DNA from: Spirochaetia bacterium | Lineage (GTDB): Bacteria > Spirochaetota > Spirochaetia > UBA9216 | Direction: 5' to 3' | Assembly (NCBI GenBank): GCA_963675665.1 | Contig: OY776510.1 | Coordinates: forward strand, 3,776,001 to 3,840,000 | Length of the DNA stretch: 64,000 nt | Shown: piece after piece, positions 8,951-19,405 of the stretch | Numbering within the stretch: position 1 is the first letter of the stretch | How the letters are laid out: the number at the start of each line of letters is the position of its first letter | Notes under the pieces: generated by a model | What the model was told of the DNA's origin: nothing | Seen by the model: the letters and a program-made list of their open reading frames with translations, nothing else | Database searches by the model: none | Made by a program: the position numbers and the translations under genes

Positions 8951-10834
8951 CTAACCTTTTTCAGCCTCAAGATACTCCCAGCGTTTATATTTTTCTTCAA
9001 TCTCACTGCATATATTATCATATTTTATCTTTTTATCTCCAAGATCAGATCCGCCGGCGCTTGAAGAAATAAAATATTGATCAAGCTGCTCTTTCTCTTC
9101 TTCCAACCGAATTATTTCTTCTTCAACAGTTTCAAGCTCTTTCTTTTCGCTGAAACTTAATCCCTTTTTCTGCCTGTTAACTGTCTTTTTTCCGGAAGAT
9201 GGCCTTGAAGATTTCTGATTGGATTTTTCAGATTCTTCATTTAATTCAGCCTTTGTTTTACCGTAATAAGACATGACGTCGCCGGAATAACCGCTGATAC
9301 CGCCTGCGCTGTCAAGTACAAAAAGGAAATCTGTTGTTCTGTCCAGAAAAAACCGGTCGTGTGAAACAACTACTATACAACCGTAAAATTTTTCGAGAAA
9401 GTCTTCAAGAATGGAAAGTGTCTGAATATCAAAATCATTGGTAGGTTCGTCAAAAAGCAGGAAATTAGGATTCTCCAGAAGAATTTTCAATAAATACAGC
9501 TTCTTTTTTTCTCCGCCCGACAGATTTGCGATTTCCGTATAAATCATATCCTTGGGAAATAAAAACCGTTCCAGGAACTGATTGGGAGAAAGCCTGCTGC
9601 CGTCCTTTAATGTTATAACTTCAGCCGTTTCCTTTATATAATCGATAACCTTTACAGCACCTGGTAAATCATGGGAAAGTTGATCATAATAACCGATTTT
9701 GGTATTTACACCTGTATCAACCGTTCCTTCATCAGGTTCGATTTTTCCGACAAGGATATTTAACAGTGTTGTCTTACCGCTGCCGTTTGCTCCGAGAATA
9801 CCGATACGGTCGCCTTTTTTGAAACTGAATGAAAAGCCTGAAAAAAGCCTGTTATCTCCATAACTTTTCCCTACATTCTCCAGTTCAAGAATCTTCCCTC
9901 CAAGTCGCCTGCCTTCAACTGAGAAATCATCTGATTCCGTTTGTTTTTCAGGCCGGCTGTTCTTCAAATCAAAGAACCTGGCAGTCCGCTTTTTATCTTT
10001 GCCGGCCCTTGCCCTCGGCCCCCGAAGAATCCATTCTACTTCATTTCTGAGAAAGTTTTCCGTACGCGCAGCTGCTTTCTGCCGGGCATTTTCACGATCG
10101 GCTTTCTGTTGCAGGTATAAAGAATAATTACCTTTATAAGTATAAAGATTGCCGTTTTCGATCTCCATGACCGAACTGCAAACCGAATCCATAAAATATC
10201 TGTCGTGAGTAACAAGAACAACAGCCTTCCCGGAATTTTTAAGATACTTCTCAAGCCAGTATATTGTTTCAATATCAAGATGGTTTGTCGGTTCGTCCAG
10301 GATCACAAGGTTTGACTCTGTTACAAGAGTACGGGCTATTGAAACCTTTTTTACCATACCCCCGGACAATTCCTCCATCCTCTGAGACAAATCATTAATT
10401 CCAAGCTCGCTCAGTATTGAGTGGATTCTGTGTTCCAGTGACCAGCAGTCAAGCCTGTCTATTTCTGTCATGACATTTTCAAGCCTCTCGGCATAGCTGC
10501 TGTCTTCCCCGATTACGCCTGTTATCGTTTCGTATTCGCGAATAAGATTTATTTCCCGTGAATTACCGGAAAGAACAAAATCCGCTATTTTATCTGATGG
10601 AGAAAAAACAGGCTGCTGATCAAGAAATGCACATTTAAGCTCACTATTATGGACAACTGAGCCCGTATCAGCCTGTTTCAGTTTTGAAATCAACCTCAGC
10701 AGCGTTGATTTTCCGCTGCCGTTCCTTCCCGTAAGCGCAATTTTATCACCTTCATCTATACCGAAAGTAATATCGCTGAAAAGTGTTTTACCACCTTCAC
10801 CATGGCCTAGATCTTTTACGGAAATCAGATTCAT
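8951..10834 (-). CDS. ABC-F family ATPase (Uup/YfmR-like)
   Basis: Two ABC domains (GRNGSGKS, GANGSGKT, LSGG, DEPTN), no TM segment, C-terminal coiled-coil tail ending YKRWEYLE. Confidence 0.92.
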   Translation of the reverse strand: MNLISVKDLGHGEGGKTLFSDITFGIDEGDKIALTGRNGSGKSTLLRLISKLKQADTGSVVHNSELKCAFLDQQPVFSPSDKIADFVLSGNSREINLIREYETITGVIGEDSSYAERLENVMTEIDRLDCWSLEHRIHSILSELGINDLSQRMEELSGGMVKKVSIARTLVTESNLVILDEPTNHLDIETIYWLEKYLKNSGKAVVLVTHDRYFMDSVCSSVMEIENGNLYTYKGNYSLYLQQKADRENARQKAAARTENFLRNEVEWILRGPRARAGKDKKRTARFFDLKNSRPEKQTESDDFSVEGRRLGGKILELENVGKSYGDNRLFSGFSFSFKKGDRIGILGANGSGKTTLLNILVGKIEPDEGTVDTGVNTKIGYYDQLSHDLPGAVKVIDYIKETAEVITLKDGSRLSPNQFLERFLFPKDMIYTEIANLSGGEKKKLYLLKILLENPNFLLFDEPTNDFDIQTLSILEDFLEKFYGCIVVVSHDRFFLDRTTDFLFVLDSAGGISGYSGDVMSYYGKTKAELNEESEKSNQKSSRPSSGKKTVNRQKKGLSFSEKKELETVEEEIIRLEEEKEQLDQYFISSSAGGSDLGDKKIKYDNICSEIEEKYKRWEYLEAEKG

Positions 10835-10887
10835 CGGTCTAATTTAACAGGTTTTTTAAGTTTAAGCGATAGTATACGATTATAAAA

Positions 10888-12735
10888 TCAGGATTGTGAA
10901 AGTGTAGTTCCAATAATATCAAATAAAGTTCGCTGATTAACCGGTTTTGAAATAAAATAGGTAATTCCGGCTTTCTTGCATTTTCTTCGTATCTCTTCTT
11001 CTGTATTTGCAGTTACAGCTATAATGGGAACCGGAACAACCTGATACTTGGGGTTTTTCCTGATTTCCATGGATATATCTATTCCGTTCTTTCCCGGAAG
11101 ACCTATGTCCATGAGAATCAGGCAATAATCGTTGCGGTTGAACAATTCGATCGCCTTCATTCCGTCTGAAGCGTCATCAACCGTAAACCCGGCTTTTTCA
11201 AGTGCCATTTTAAGATACATTCTGTTTATAGCTTCGTCTTCTACAAGCAGTATCTTCTTTCCGAGGCCGGAAACCCCTTCGTGCCCGGAAGGATTATCAG
11301 GAGGATCCGGAACCGATCTGTCTAACGGCAGCCTAATCGTAACGGCAGTACCGGTGCCCTCCGAACTCTTTAATTGTATCTCGCCGCCCATAAGTTCTAC
11401 CAGAAGCTTTACAATCGACAAACCTATGCCAACCCCCCTGTAGACTTTTTCAAGCGGGTTTTCAACCTGATACAGAAGACTGAAAACTTCCTGCTGTTTA
11501 TCCCTGGGGATCCCTATTCCGGTATCGTCAATTTGTATTATAACCGTTTCGTCCCAATAGATTTTAACTCTTATCCACCCTTTATGGGTGAATTTTACGG
11601 AATTGTTAAGAAGCATAACCAATATCTGTTCAACACGCTCTTCATCACCAGTAACTCTTTTGCAGTCGTCCCTGATTTCGTATTCAAATTTAACCTGTTT
11701 CCCGCCAAGCATTACATCAATGCTATGCTTCAATCTATTCATTAGATGTTCAAAATTGAAATCTTCTTTTTGAAGTCTGCAAAGCCCTGATTCAAGCTCA
11801 ATCAGATCGAGGAGATTTCTTATTATCGACGTCAGGGTTTCAGATGAAATTAAAATCTTGTCTAAAAGCATCTTTTGCGAATCATCAAGTTCAGTATCGT
11901 TTAACAGAGAGGCGAATCCCGTTATCCCGTTAAGCGGAGTTCTGAGTTCATGACTGATATTCGCCAGGAAAACGGATTTTGCTGAATTCGCGCGCTCAGC
12001 TTCAGTTTTTGCGTCTTTCAGCTGCTTCTCCCGTCTGTCCAACTTTCCTGCAAGAACATTATAAGAGTCCTGCAGCTGGGAAAGCTCCGATATCCATTGC
12101 CCGGTTTCAAGTTGTCTATAATCACTTTCGGAAAATATCCTGACGGCAGAATTTAATCGCTGAACAGGCTTGCTTATAATTTTTGAGAGCAATAAACTGA
12201 TGATTATGCAGAAAGTCAGAAAAACTGCTCCTATAAACACAAAATGCAATATTATTCGATGAAGTTCCATATTCATTGCATCAAGAGTTAAAACTATTAT
12301 TACCTGCCCCAGCAGTTCTTCTTCAATTACAACTTTGCGGATAAACCTTATCTCTTCATTCTTATATCCTGATATACAAATTTCCTTATATTCATCACAT
12401 TCAGAAATGTATTTGCTTTCCTTTCCCAATTCGTCTTTTAAACTTCCTGCTACAACAATGTTATCCGTATTCAGGATGGACAATTCCGTAACAAAATTTC
12501 TTGTTTCATACTCGCTGATAATGTGTTCCAAAGCCGGGTAATTTTCATTAAACAGGAAATCTGATGCACTGAAAGCCAAATCTCCGGCCAGCATGATCCC
12601 ATAGGCTTCAATAATTCCGGTCGCAGAAGCTTTGAATCTGTTATAAGTGAGAGAAGAATATATTATTATTGCTGTTGCTGCCAGAATAATGAAAACCAGA
12701 ATAATTAGCTGTGATAATTTAATCTGTTTTTTCAT
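10888..12735 (-). CDS. Hybrid sensor histidine kinase/response regulator with HAMP domain
   Basis: Two TM segments, FLANISHELRTPLN H-box, DTGIG box, C-terminal REC (LLVEDE, LMDIGLP). Confidence 0.92.
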   Translation of the reverse strand: MKKQIKLSQLIILVFIILAATAIIIYSSLTYNRFKASATGIIEAYGIMLAGDLAFSASDFLFNENYPALEHIISEYETRNFVTELSILNTDNIVVAGSLKDELGKESKYISECDEYKEICISGYKNEEIRFIRKVVIEEELLGQVIIVLTLDAMNMELHRIILHFVFIGAVFLTFCIIISLLLSKIISKPVQRLNSAVRIFSESDYRQLETGQWISELSQLQDSYNVLAGKLDRREKQLKDAKTEAERANSAKSVFLANISHELRTPLNGITGFASLLNDTELDDSQKMLLDKILISSETLTSIIRNLLDLIELESGLCRLQKEDFNFEHLMNRLKHSIDVMLGGKQVKFEYEIRDDCKRVTGDEERVEQILVMLLNNSVKFTHKGWIRVKIYWDETVIIQIDDTGIGIPRDKQQEVFSLLYQVENPLEKVYRGVGIGLSIVKLLVELMGGEIQLKSSEGTGTAVTIRLPLDRSVPDPPDNPSGHEGVSGLGKKILLVEDEAINRMYLKMALEKAGFTVDDASDGMKAIELFNRNDYCLILMDIGLPGKNGIDISMEIRKNPKYQVVPVPIIAVTANTEEEIRRKCKKAGITYFISKPVNQRTLFDIIGTTLSQS

Positions 12736-13579
12736 AATTTTCCGGCTTTTTGTAATCAGTTATTTTCTGATAAATGGATCTGAATTCAGCATAATCTGAG
12801 TCCTGTCTTAAAATAAAAGATTCTAGATTCAACTGTTCAAGGACAACCCGCCCTTTTTCCGTCCCGGATGTTATTGTCATTATTCCAGTTTGAATCTTTT
12901 TCACAAGTTCAGGATCTGTTCCCGGTTTTACCGCAAAGGGAAACCTCGGTATATCAATTGAATATGCAATAATTCTGAGTTTTTCATTCGTGTTCTGATA
13001 GATGGTGGAATCGAAATATATTTGTTCGCTGAAAACACAGGCATCATAAAATCCGTTTAAAACAAGAAAAGGAAGCGATTCAATATCTTCATTAAATTCT
13101 ACGGAAAAATCGTCCGGCGAATACAATCCGAGATCAGCCATGCCGGTTCTGAAAAACAGATATCCGGCAAATGATTCTTCTGCTATGGCTACAATCTTTT
13201 TTCCTTCAAGATCTTTCAGGCTGTATATGGAACTGTCGTCTCTGACCATCACTACACCGTTTAGATCCGGAACCCCGGAAGCAATAGCATAATAACCGGT
13301 TAAATCCGATGCTTTAAAATACAATGCATTATTCGTCCAGATTAAATCATATCTTCCGTCCAGCGTCCTCTGATTGAACGTTTCCCAGTCAGGAGCTGAT
13401 ACAAGCCTGACGCTGATTCCGGCAGAACGCTCAATGCTTTCTGCAACCGGTTGAAACAATTTTATCAACGTCTTTGAATTGAATACCGGGTAAACTCCAA
13501 ATATTAATTCGCCATCAGATGATAACGACTGTAAAATGAATGATAAAAGGATTACTGTAAGAATAAAAACTTTCTTCAT
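12719..13579 (-). CDS. PhnD-like periplasmic phosphate/phosphonate-binding family protein
   Basis: Signal peptide, LIFGVYP, LKDLEGKKI and SFAGYL motifs; overlaps the kinase start. Confidence 0.75.
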   Translation of the reverse strand: MKKVFILTVILLSFILQSLSSDGELIFGVYPVFNSKTLIKLFQPVAESIERSAGISVRLVSAPDWETFNQRTLDGRYDLIWTNNALYFKASDLTGYYAIASGVPDLNGVVMVRDDSSIYSLKDLEGKKIVAIAEESFAGYLFFRTGMADLGLYSPDDFSVEFNEDIESLPFLVLNGFYDACVFSEQIYFDSTIYQNTNEKLRIIAYSIDIPRFPFAVKPGTDPELVKKIQTGIMTITSGTEKGRVVLEQLNLESFILRQDSDYAEFRSIYQKITDYKKPENYEKTD

Positions 13580-13723
13580 ATTATATTACTTTATTTAAAG
13601 TATAGTGAATCCGTATACCTGTTTTCAAGCTTGCAACCAATATTATTCAGCAATATATTTTTATGTTTTCTTCATATAGTTTTTTTATTATATTATAATA
13701 AATTGTTTTTACGGAGAGTTAAT

Positions 13724-14578
13724 ATGAAGAAGATAACCATAATTCTGTTTTTTATAATATATTTGACAGCATCAGCTTATGCCGAAGGTTCACTTATTAA
13801 TAATGAAAATTCAAACGTCAAATTCTTTCTTGAATCCGAGCTTGGGACGGTCGGTATTCAGTATCATACAATCAGTATCGGCGATCCTGGAACAGCAAGT
13901 ACTTTTGACTTTGTCAACGAGGGCGGCCAGGAAATTCTATACAGGTTTGAACGCTATAATGCCGGTATGCTCATAAACAATCAGCATAAAATATCCTTTC
14001 TGTACCAGCCTCTTGAGATTGTAACGGAAACCGTTTTCGATGAAGAGAGAATCATTGACGGGGTTACGTTTGCAGAAGATACCCCTATGGAAATATCATA
14101 CGGTTTCCCCTTTTACAGGATAACTTACGGCTTTGATTTTTTTCGCAGTGAGAAAATCGATCTGGGAATCGGCGCTGCTCTTCAGTTAAGAAATGCTTCA
14201 ATCGTATTCAAGCAGCTTGACGGTGAGCAAATGACGGTCAGTCAAAACCTAGGACCTGTTCCGGCTCTTCACATATTCGGAAGATATAATTTTCCGGGTA
14301 ATTTTTTCCTGTTGACAGATATTACAGGCCTGTATGCCTCCTCGGCAATAATAAACGGTGCCGATTTCGAATTTGAGGGATCTATTCTGGACGCCTCCGT
14401 CAGGGCCGGTTATACTCTGAAAAACAATATTGATATATTTTCCAATCTCAGATTTCTTGGAGGTTCCGCATCCGGGGTAAGCGAATACGCGCGGGACCAC
14501 TGGACAGACAGCGAAAGTGCGGCAACATCAAACTACCTTGCCACTACTTCACTTACCCTGGGAATAACGGTCAGGTGA
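13724..14578 (+). CDS. Secreted protein, probable outer-membrane beta-barrel
   Basis: GGAGA SD then MKKITIILFF signal peptide; alternating beta-strand pattern and C-terminal LTLGITVR. Confidence 0.55.
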   Translation: MKKITIILFFIIYLTASAYAEGSLINNENSNVKFFLESELGTVGIQYHTISIGDPGTASTFDFVNEGGQEILYRFERYNAGMLINNQHKISFLYQPLEIVTETVFDEERIIDGVTFAEDTPMEISYGFPFYRITYGFDFFRSEKIDLGIGAALQLRNASIVFKQLDGEQMTVSQNLGPVPALHIFGRYNFPGNFFLLTDITGLYASSAIINGADFEFEGSILDASVRAGYTLKNNIDIFSNLRFLGGSASGVSEYARDHWTDSESAATSNYLATTSLTLGITVR

Positions 14579-14612
14579 TATTTTAAATTACATCATAAAC
14601 CATTTTTATAAT

Positions 14613-14662
14613 GCGGCGCAGGCGATACCGGGCAAACAGGTATAAGCTTTCGCCGCTTTTTT
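14613..14662 (+). terminator. Intrinsic terminator
   Basis: GCGGCG...CGCCGC stem followed by a T tract. Confidence 0.6.
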
Positions 14663-14752
14663 ATTATCTGTCTTAAAACATCCTGAAATTATATTTACAT
14701 TAAAACGGCTGATTATTATAATTGCGGCAAATTCTATTTAGATGGAGATAGT

Positions 14753-15562
14753 ATGAAAAAAATAGCTTCAATTTGTTCGATGTTATTGCTTGCAACCATA
14801 ATTTTTGCCGGAGGAACACAGGAAGGAACTTCAGGCAATGATGATTCGCTTAAATACATCATGGAAAAGGGAAATATTGTCCTCGGGCTTGACGACAGCT
14901 TTCCTCCGATGGGATTCAGAGATGAAAACGGAGAAATTGCCGGGTTCGATATTGATCTTGCCAAAGAAGTCTGCAAACGCCTGGGCGTAGAGCTGAAGCT
15001 TCAGCCGATAGACTGGGACGCAAAAATCCTTGACTTAAACAGCAGGGATATTGATATCATATGGAACGGCCTTACCATAACTGATGAAAGAAAGGAAAAG
15101 ATTGATTTTTCCAAACCCTACATAGCCAACCGTCAGATTGTGATTGTTCAGGCCGGTTCCGGTTTGAATTACAAAGCTGATCTGTCCGGGAAAAAAATAG
15201 GCATCCAGCTTGGAAGCAGCGCTGAAGATGCCGTCAGTAAAGACCCTGCCGTACTTGAAAGCTTTGCAGAACTTGTAAAATACCAGGATAATGTTCAGGC
15301 ATTAATGGATCTCGGCACCGGGCGCATTGACGCTGTAGTAGTTGACGAAATCCTGGGCCGTTATTATGTTTCAGGCAAACCGGGCATTTATGAAGTAGCC
15401 GAAGATTATTTTGCCGAAGAAGAATACGGAATAGGCTTCAGAAAAGGCGAAAGTGCTTTTATCAACGCAGTAGATCAGGTAATTGATCAGATGGCAACCG
15501 ACGGCGCTGCAGCTGAAATTTCGAAGAAATGGTTTGCTGAGAATATACTTCTCGACCGTTAA
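14753..15562 (+). CDS. Polar amino-acid ABC transporter substrate-binding protein
   Basis: GLDDSFPPMGF, GFDIDLA, IWNGLTITDER motifs (SBP family 3). Confidence 0.92.
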   Translation: MKKIASICSMLLLATIIFAGGTQEGTSGNDDSLKYIMEKGNIVLGLDDSFPPMGFRDENGEIAGFDIDLAKEVCKRLGVELKLQPIDWDAKILDLNSRDIDIIWNGLTITDERKEKIDFSKPYIANRQIVIVQAGSGLNYKADLSGKKIGIQLGSSAEDAVSKDPAVLESFAELVKYQDNVQALMDLGTGRIDAVVVDEILGRYYVSGKPGIYEVAEDYFAEEEYGIGFRKGESAFINAVDQVIDQMATDGAAAEISKKWFAENILLDR

Positions 15563-16209
15563 TGGAATACATTCTAAAATCAACCTGGTACATCCTTTCA
15601 GGATGTACCGTTACTCTTAAACTTTTTGCATTGACGCTGGTGTTTTCAGTGCCTCTCGGGTTTGTCTGTGCAATGGCAAAAACTTCAAAATTCAGACTAT
15701 TAAAACTCGTAATGGGTTTGTATACATCCGTTGTACGCGGAACACCGCTTCTTCTTCAGATCTTCTTTGTTTATTACGGACTACCCATCTTCTTTCCGGC
15801 CCTGAGACTTGAACGTTTCACAGCCGCGGCAATCACCTTCATAATAAATTACGGGGCCTATTTTACAGAGATCTTCCGGGGAGGCATTCAATCCATTGAC
15901 CGGGGCCAGTATGAGGCTGCCAGGGTCCTTGGCATGAATTACCGCCAGACAATGGGCAGAATCATCCTTCCTCAGACAATCAAACGCGTACTCCCTCCGG
16001 TGGCCAATGAAGCTATCACTCTTGTAAAAGATACTGCCCTTGTTGTCGTACTCGGAATTGGTGAAATTCTCAGAAACTCAAAAGAAATCGTTGCCCGCGA
16101 TTTTACTGTCAGCCCTTTTATTATTGCTGCTGTTGTATATCTTGTCCTGAACTATTCTGTTGTTTTATTTTTCCGAAAACTGGAAAAGAGGTATTCTGTA
16201 TATGAATGA
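15562..16209 (+). CDS. Polar amino-acid ABC transporter permease
   Basis: RGTPLLLQ and [18 protein letters not shown] (EAA loop). Confidence 0.92.
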   Translation: MEYILKSTWYILSGCTVTLKLFALTLVFSVPLGFVCAMAKTSKFRLLKLVMGLYTSVVRGTPLLLQIFFVYYGLPIFFPALRLERFTAAAITFIINYGAYFTEIFRGGIQSIDRGQYEAARVLGMNYRQTMGRIILPQTIKRVLPPVANEAITLVKDTALVVVLGIGEILRNSKEIVARDFTVSPFIIAAVVYLVLNYSVVLFFRKLEKRYSVYE

Positions 16210-16960
16210 AGTTATCACTGTTGTGAATCTGAATAAACATTTCGGAGAGCTTGAAGTTCTCAAAGAGATAAATCTTGGTGTTGCGCAGGGTGACACAATT
16301 TCAATAATCGGTCCGTCGGGATCAGGAAAAAGTACCCTTTTGCGCTGCCTTATACACCTCGAAAAGCCAACTTCCGGAAGTATTCTTATCGAGAATGAAC
16401 CTGTTTCGCTTGAAAAAGACGGAAAAAAAGTTCATATCCCCGAACACCTTATAAAAGAACGTTGCCGAAAACTTGGAATGGTTTTTCAGAATTTTAATCT
16501 TTTTCCCCATAAAACCGTACTGGAAAATATCATTGAAGCTCCTGTAACCGTCAGCGGAAAAAGCAGAAAAGAGGCTGCAGGACAGGCGGAAAAACTGCTT
16601 TCACAGGTTGGCCTGAGCGACAAAAAAGATACGTACCCGTGTTATTTATCAGGAGGTCAAAAACAGAGGGTTGCAATAGCGCGTGCGCTTGCGATGGAAC
16701 CCGATGTAATGCTGTTCGATGAACCTACCAGCGCCCTGGATCCTGAACTTATAGGCGAGGTTCTTTCCGTAATAAAAAAACTTGCAATTGAAAAGATGAC
16801 AATGTTAATAGTAACACACGAGATGAGTTTTGCCCGCGAAGTTTCAGACACGGTTGTTTTTATGGATGAAGGAAGGATAATAGAAACCGCCCGGCCTGCA
16901 AAGCTTTTCACCAATCCTGATCATCCCAGAATTAAATCCTTTCTTGATAAAATGCTGTAA
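16202..16960 (+). CDS. Polar amino-acid ABC transporter ATPase (GlnQ-like)
   Basis: [34 protein letters not shown]; start at ATG 16202 overlapping the permease end. Confidence 0.92.
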   Translation: MNEVITVVNLNKHFGELEVLKEINLGVAQGDTISIIGPSGSGKSTLLRCLIHLEKPTSGSILIENEPVSLEKDGKKVHIPEHLIKERCRKLGMVFQNFNLFPHKTVLENIIEAPVTVSGKSRKEAAGQAEKLLSQVGLSDKKDTYPCYLSGGQKQRVAIARALAMEPDVMLFDEPTSALDPELIGEVLSVIKKLAIEKMTMLIVTHEMSFAREVSDTVVFMDEGRIIETARPAKLFTNPDHPRIKSFLDKML

Positions 16961-16973
16961 TTTTCCTTGACCT

Positions 16974-17023
16974 GGTTGCAATAACCTACTATATTTACCG
17001 TGATTAGTTGCAATAGCATACTA
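16974..17023 (+). promoter_or_regulatory. Probable MarR operator pair overlapping the promoter
   Basis: GTTGCAATA repeated at 16975 and 17007, each within an imperfect GTTGC...CTA palindrome upstream of marR. Confidence 0.5.
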
Positions 17024-17041
17024 TTTTTATCGGAGAGTTAA

Positions 17042-17488
17042 ATGCATCATTCACCGGGACATTATATTTCTTCGGCGTACCGCCATCTTCAGATTTATCT
17101 GAATAACCGGTTTTCCGTTCTCGGCTTCGGCAGCGGACAGTACCTGTTCTTTAGCCATATTGCGCATAATGAAGGAATAACACAAAAAGAACTCAGCAGA
17201 CAATTGGCTGTAGATAAAGCTACCGCGGCAAAAGCTGTCCACAAATTGTGCCGGCTGGGATACCTCGAGCAGCGTCAGAATATCCTGGACAAACGTTACA
17301 ACAACCTATTTATTTCGGACAAAGGCAGGGGTATTTTACCCGAAGTCGAAAAAATTCTTTTCAATACCCGGGACATTCTTCAGTCGGGAATGAATAAAGA
17401 AGAACAACAGCAGATGTTGCGTCTGCTTGATTTAATGCTGAAAAACCTGACCGCCGAAGTGGATAAAATCAGGAGAACAGATGACTGA
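17042..17488 (+). CDS. MarR family transcriptional regulator
   Basis: GITQKEL...VDKATA...DKR winged-helix pattern. Confidence 0.88.
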   Translation: MHHSPGHYISSAYRHLQIYLNNRFSVLGFGSGQYLFFSHIAHNEGITQKELSRQLAVDKATAAKAVHKLCRLGYLEQRQNILDKRYNNLFISDKGRGILPEVEKILFNTRDILQSGMNKEEQQQMLRLLDLMLKNLTAEVDKIRRTDD

Positions 17489-18833
17489 CAGGATAAAAAT
17501 AATTACAAACAACAGCGAAACAGGTGTTCTTGCCGGTTTGGCTTTTCCGATGATGGCGGGAATTCTCGGGATGAGCATTTTCAATCTTATGGATACCTTT
17601 TTCGTTGGCAAACTTGGAACGGTTGAACTTGCCGCACTCTCTTTCACTTTTCCCGTAGTACTGATAGTAAGCAGCGCCGCCCACGGTCTCGGTGTTGGAA
17701 TGACGGCGGCGGTATCCAAGGCTGCGGGCATGAACGACCGAAACAGATTAAAGAACATTATCAGCTGGGGCCTGCTGCTCGCGCTGATAATAGTTACAGC
17801 TATTGTAATTGTCGGCCAGCTTACAATTGAACCGGTTTTCAGGGCCCTCGGTGCTGATGATCAAACGCTTCCGGTAATCATTGAATATATGAGGATATGG
17901 TATTTCGGAGCAATATTTGTAGTAATTCCAATGGTCGGAAATTCGGCAATCAGGGGATTGGGCGACACACGGCTGCCTTCGATGGTCATGCTTGTCGCCG
18001 CAGCAATAAATACTGTTCTTGACCCTCTCCTTATCTTTGGGCTAGGGCCTTTTCCCGAACTGGGCGTTGCGGGCGCAGCAACAGCAACCGTGGCAGCACG
18101 TTTTTCTACATTTTGTGTTGCATTATGGGTGCTGATAAAAAGAGAAAAAGTCATATCCGTTCCCGATCTTTCCGCCGCGGCAGAGACCTGGAAGGAAATT
18201 CTTTTTGTCGGCGTTCCCAATATTCTAACAAAACTTATATTACCCTTCGGCGCCGCCATAATCACCAGGCTTATTTCTATTCACGGACGTGAAGCAGTTG
18301 CCGGATTCGGAGTTGCAGGCAAACTCGAGATGTTTGCCCTTATTCCTCTTATGGCTCTTACATCGATCATGCCGGTATTTATAGGCCAGAACATGGGCGC
18401 CGGAAAAAAAGACAGAGTAATTAAAAGCCTGTCTATAAGCGGAAAATTTTCTGTTTTTTACGGTTTATCCATCTATATAATACTGCTTCTTTCCGGACGG
18501 GCTATCGGAAGACTATTCAATGATAATCCTGATGTCATTAATACTGTCGCACTCTATCTTTCAATCGTGCCTGCAGCATACTGTTTTCGAAACATGATGG
18601 ATCTGTCCATCTCTGCACTTTCAGTTACCGGAAAGCCGATTCACGGAGCTCTAATCAGTATTTTTCAAATGTTTGTACTCTATGTTCCGCTTGCAATTGC
18701 AGGTTCCCGGTTATTCGGGGTTACCGGGATTTTCAGCGCGCTGTCCTTATCCCTGTTGGTAGCCGGACCGGCATCCTTCCTGCTGACAAGGAAACATATC
18801 ATAAAGATGTCTATATCAGGGAAAGCCGGTTAA
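17481..18833 (+). CDS. MATE family efflux transporter
   Basis: 12-TM pattern; DTFFVGKLG, RGLGDT, NTVLDPLLIFG, GQNMGA motifs. Confidence 0.92.
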   Translation: MTDRIKIITNNSETGVLAGLAFPMMAGILGMSIFNLMDTFFVGKLGTVELAALSFTFPVVLIVSSAAHGLGVGMTAAVSKAAGMNDRNRLKNIISWGLLLALIIVTAIVIVGQLTIEPVFRALGADDQTLPVIIEYMRIWYFGAIFVVIPMVGNSAIRGLGDTRLPSMVMLVAAAINTVLDPLLIFGLGPFPELGVAGAATATVAARFSTFCVALWVLIKREKVISVPDLSAAAETWKEILFVGVPNILTKLILPFGAAIITRLISIHGREAVAGFGVAGKLEMFALIPLMALTSIMPVFIGQNMGAGKKDRVIKSLSISGKFSVFYGLSIYIILLLSGRAIGRLFNDNPDVINTVALYLSIVPAAYCFRNMMDLSISALSVTGKPIHGALISIFQMFVLYVPLAIAGSRLFGVTGIFSALSLSLLVAGPASFLLTRKHIIKMSISGKAG

Positions 18834-19203
18834 GTTCCTTCTCAAGCTGATCCCTTGAAAAAGGTTTAACAAGATATCCGTCGCATAATTCATAAAAAGC
18901 GCCCATTACAGTTTTTACATCATCGAGCGCAGTAGTCATTACAATCCTGGATCTTGCCGAATATTTAATATTTGCATCGTCTTCGAGTTTACGGATTGTC
19001 TTCAATGCTGTGTGGCCGTCCATCTCCGGCATCATAATATCCAGACAGATAAAATCATATATTTCGTTCTTCTTTAATGCTTCGGCGCATACCTTAACTG
19101 CCTCATTTCCGTTTACAGCGATATGAGAAGTCCCGTACGGTTTTAACAGCTCCTGAAGCAAAAGCCTGCATGTAAAGTCATCTTCAACAATAAGTGTTTT
19201 CAT
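18811..19203 (-). CDS. Single-domain response regulator (CheY-like)
   Basis: LIVEDD, LDIMMPEMDG, MTTA, YLVKP. Confidence 0.9.
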   Translation of the reverse strand: MKTLIVEDDFTCRLLLQELLKPYGTSHIAVNGNEAVKVCAEALKKNEIYDFICLDIMMPEMDGHTALKTIRKLEDDANIKYSARSRIVMTTALDDVKTVMGAFYELCDGYLVKPFSRDQLEKELNRLSLI

Positions 19204-19264
19204 TCCGGCATACTAAATTTTTTTTATAATAATTTCAAACTGTTTTAGTAATATATAAAGCATT

Positions 19265-19368
19265 TTTTGATTAATTTTTCATTAAAAAATTAATCAAAAC
19301 TTGACAATTTTTTTAACCCATGTGAAACTGTTGATATGATCAGTAATATTACTTATAGTATATTACTA
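19265..19368 (+). promoter_or_regulatory. gntR promoter with two palindromic operator candidates
   Basis: 15-bp perfect inverted repeat TTTTGATTAATTTTT/AAAAATTAATCAAAA (19265-19299) abutting TTGACA (19301); AGTAATATTACT (19342-19353) and TAGTATATTACTA (19356-19368) downstream. Confidence 0.55.
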
Positions 19369-19405
19369 GTCTTACGATTACTTCAGAGATATACAGGGGT
19401 ATCAT

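Noticed and set aside
14613-14662. GGGCAAAC inside a hairpin, resembling a c-di-GMP-I riboswitch start
   Set aside because: No second stem or GCAAAGC element; the shape and T tract fit a terminator
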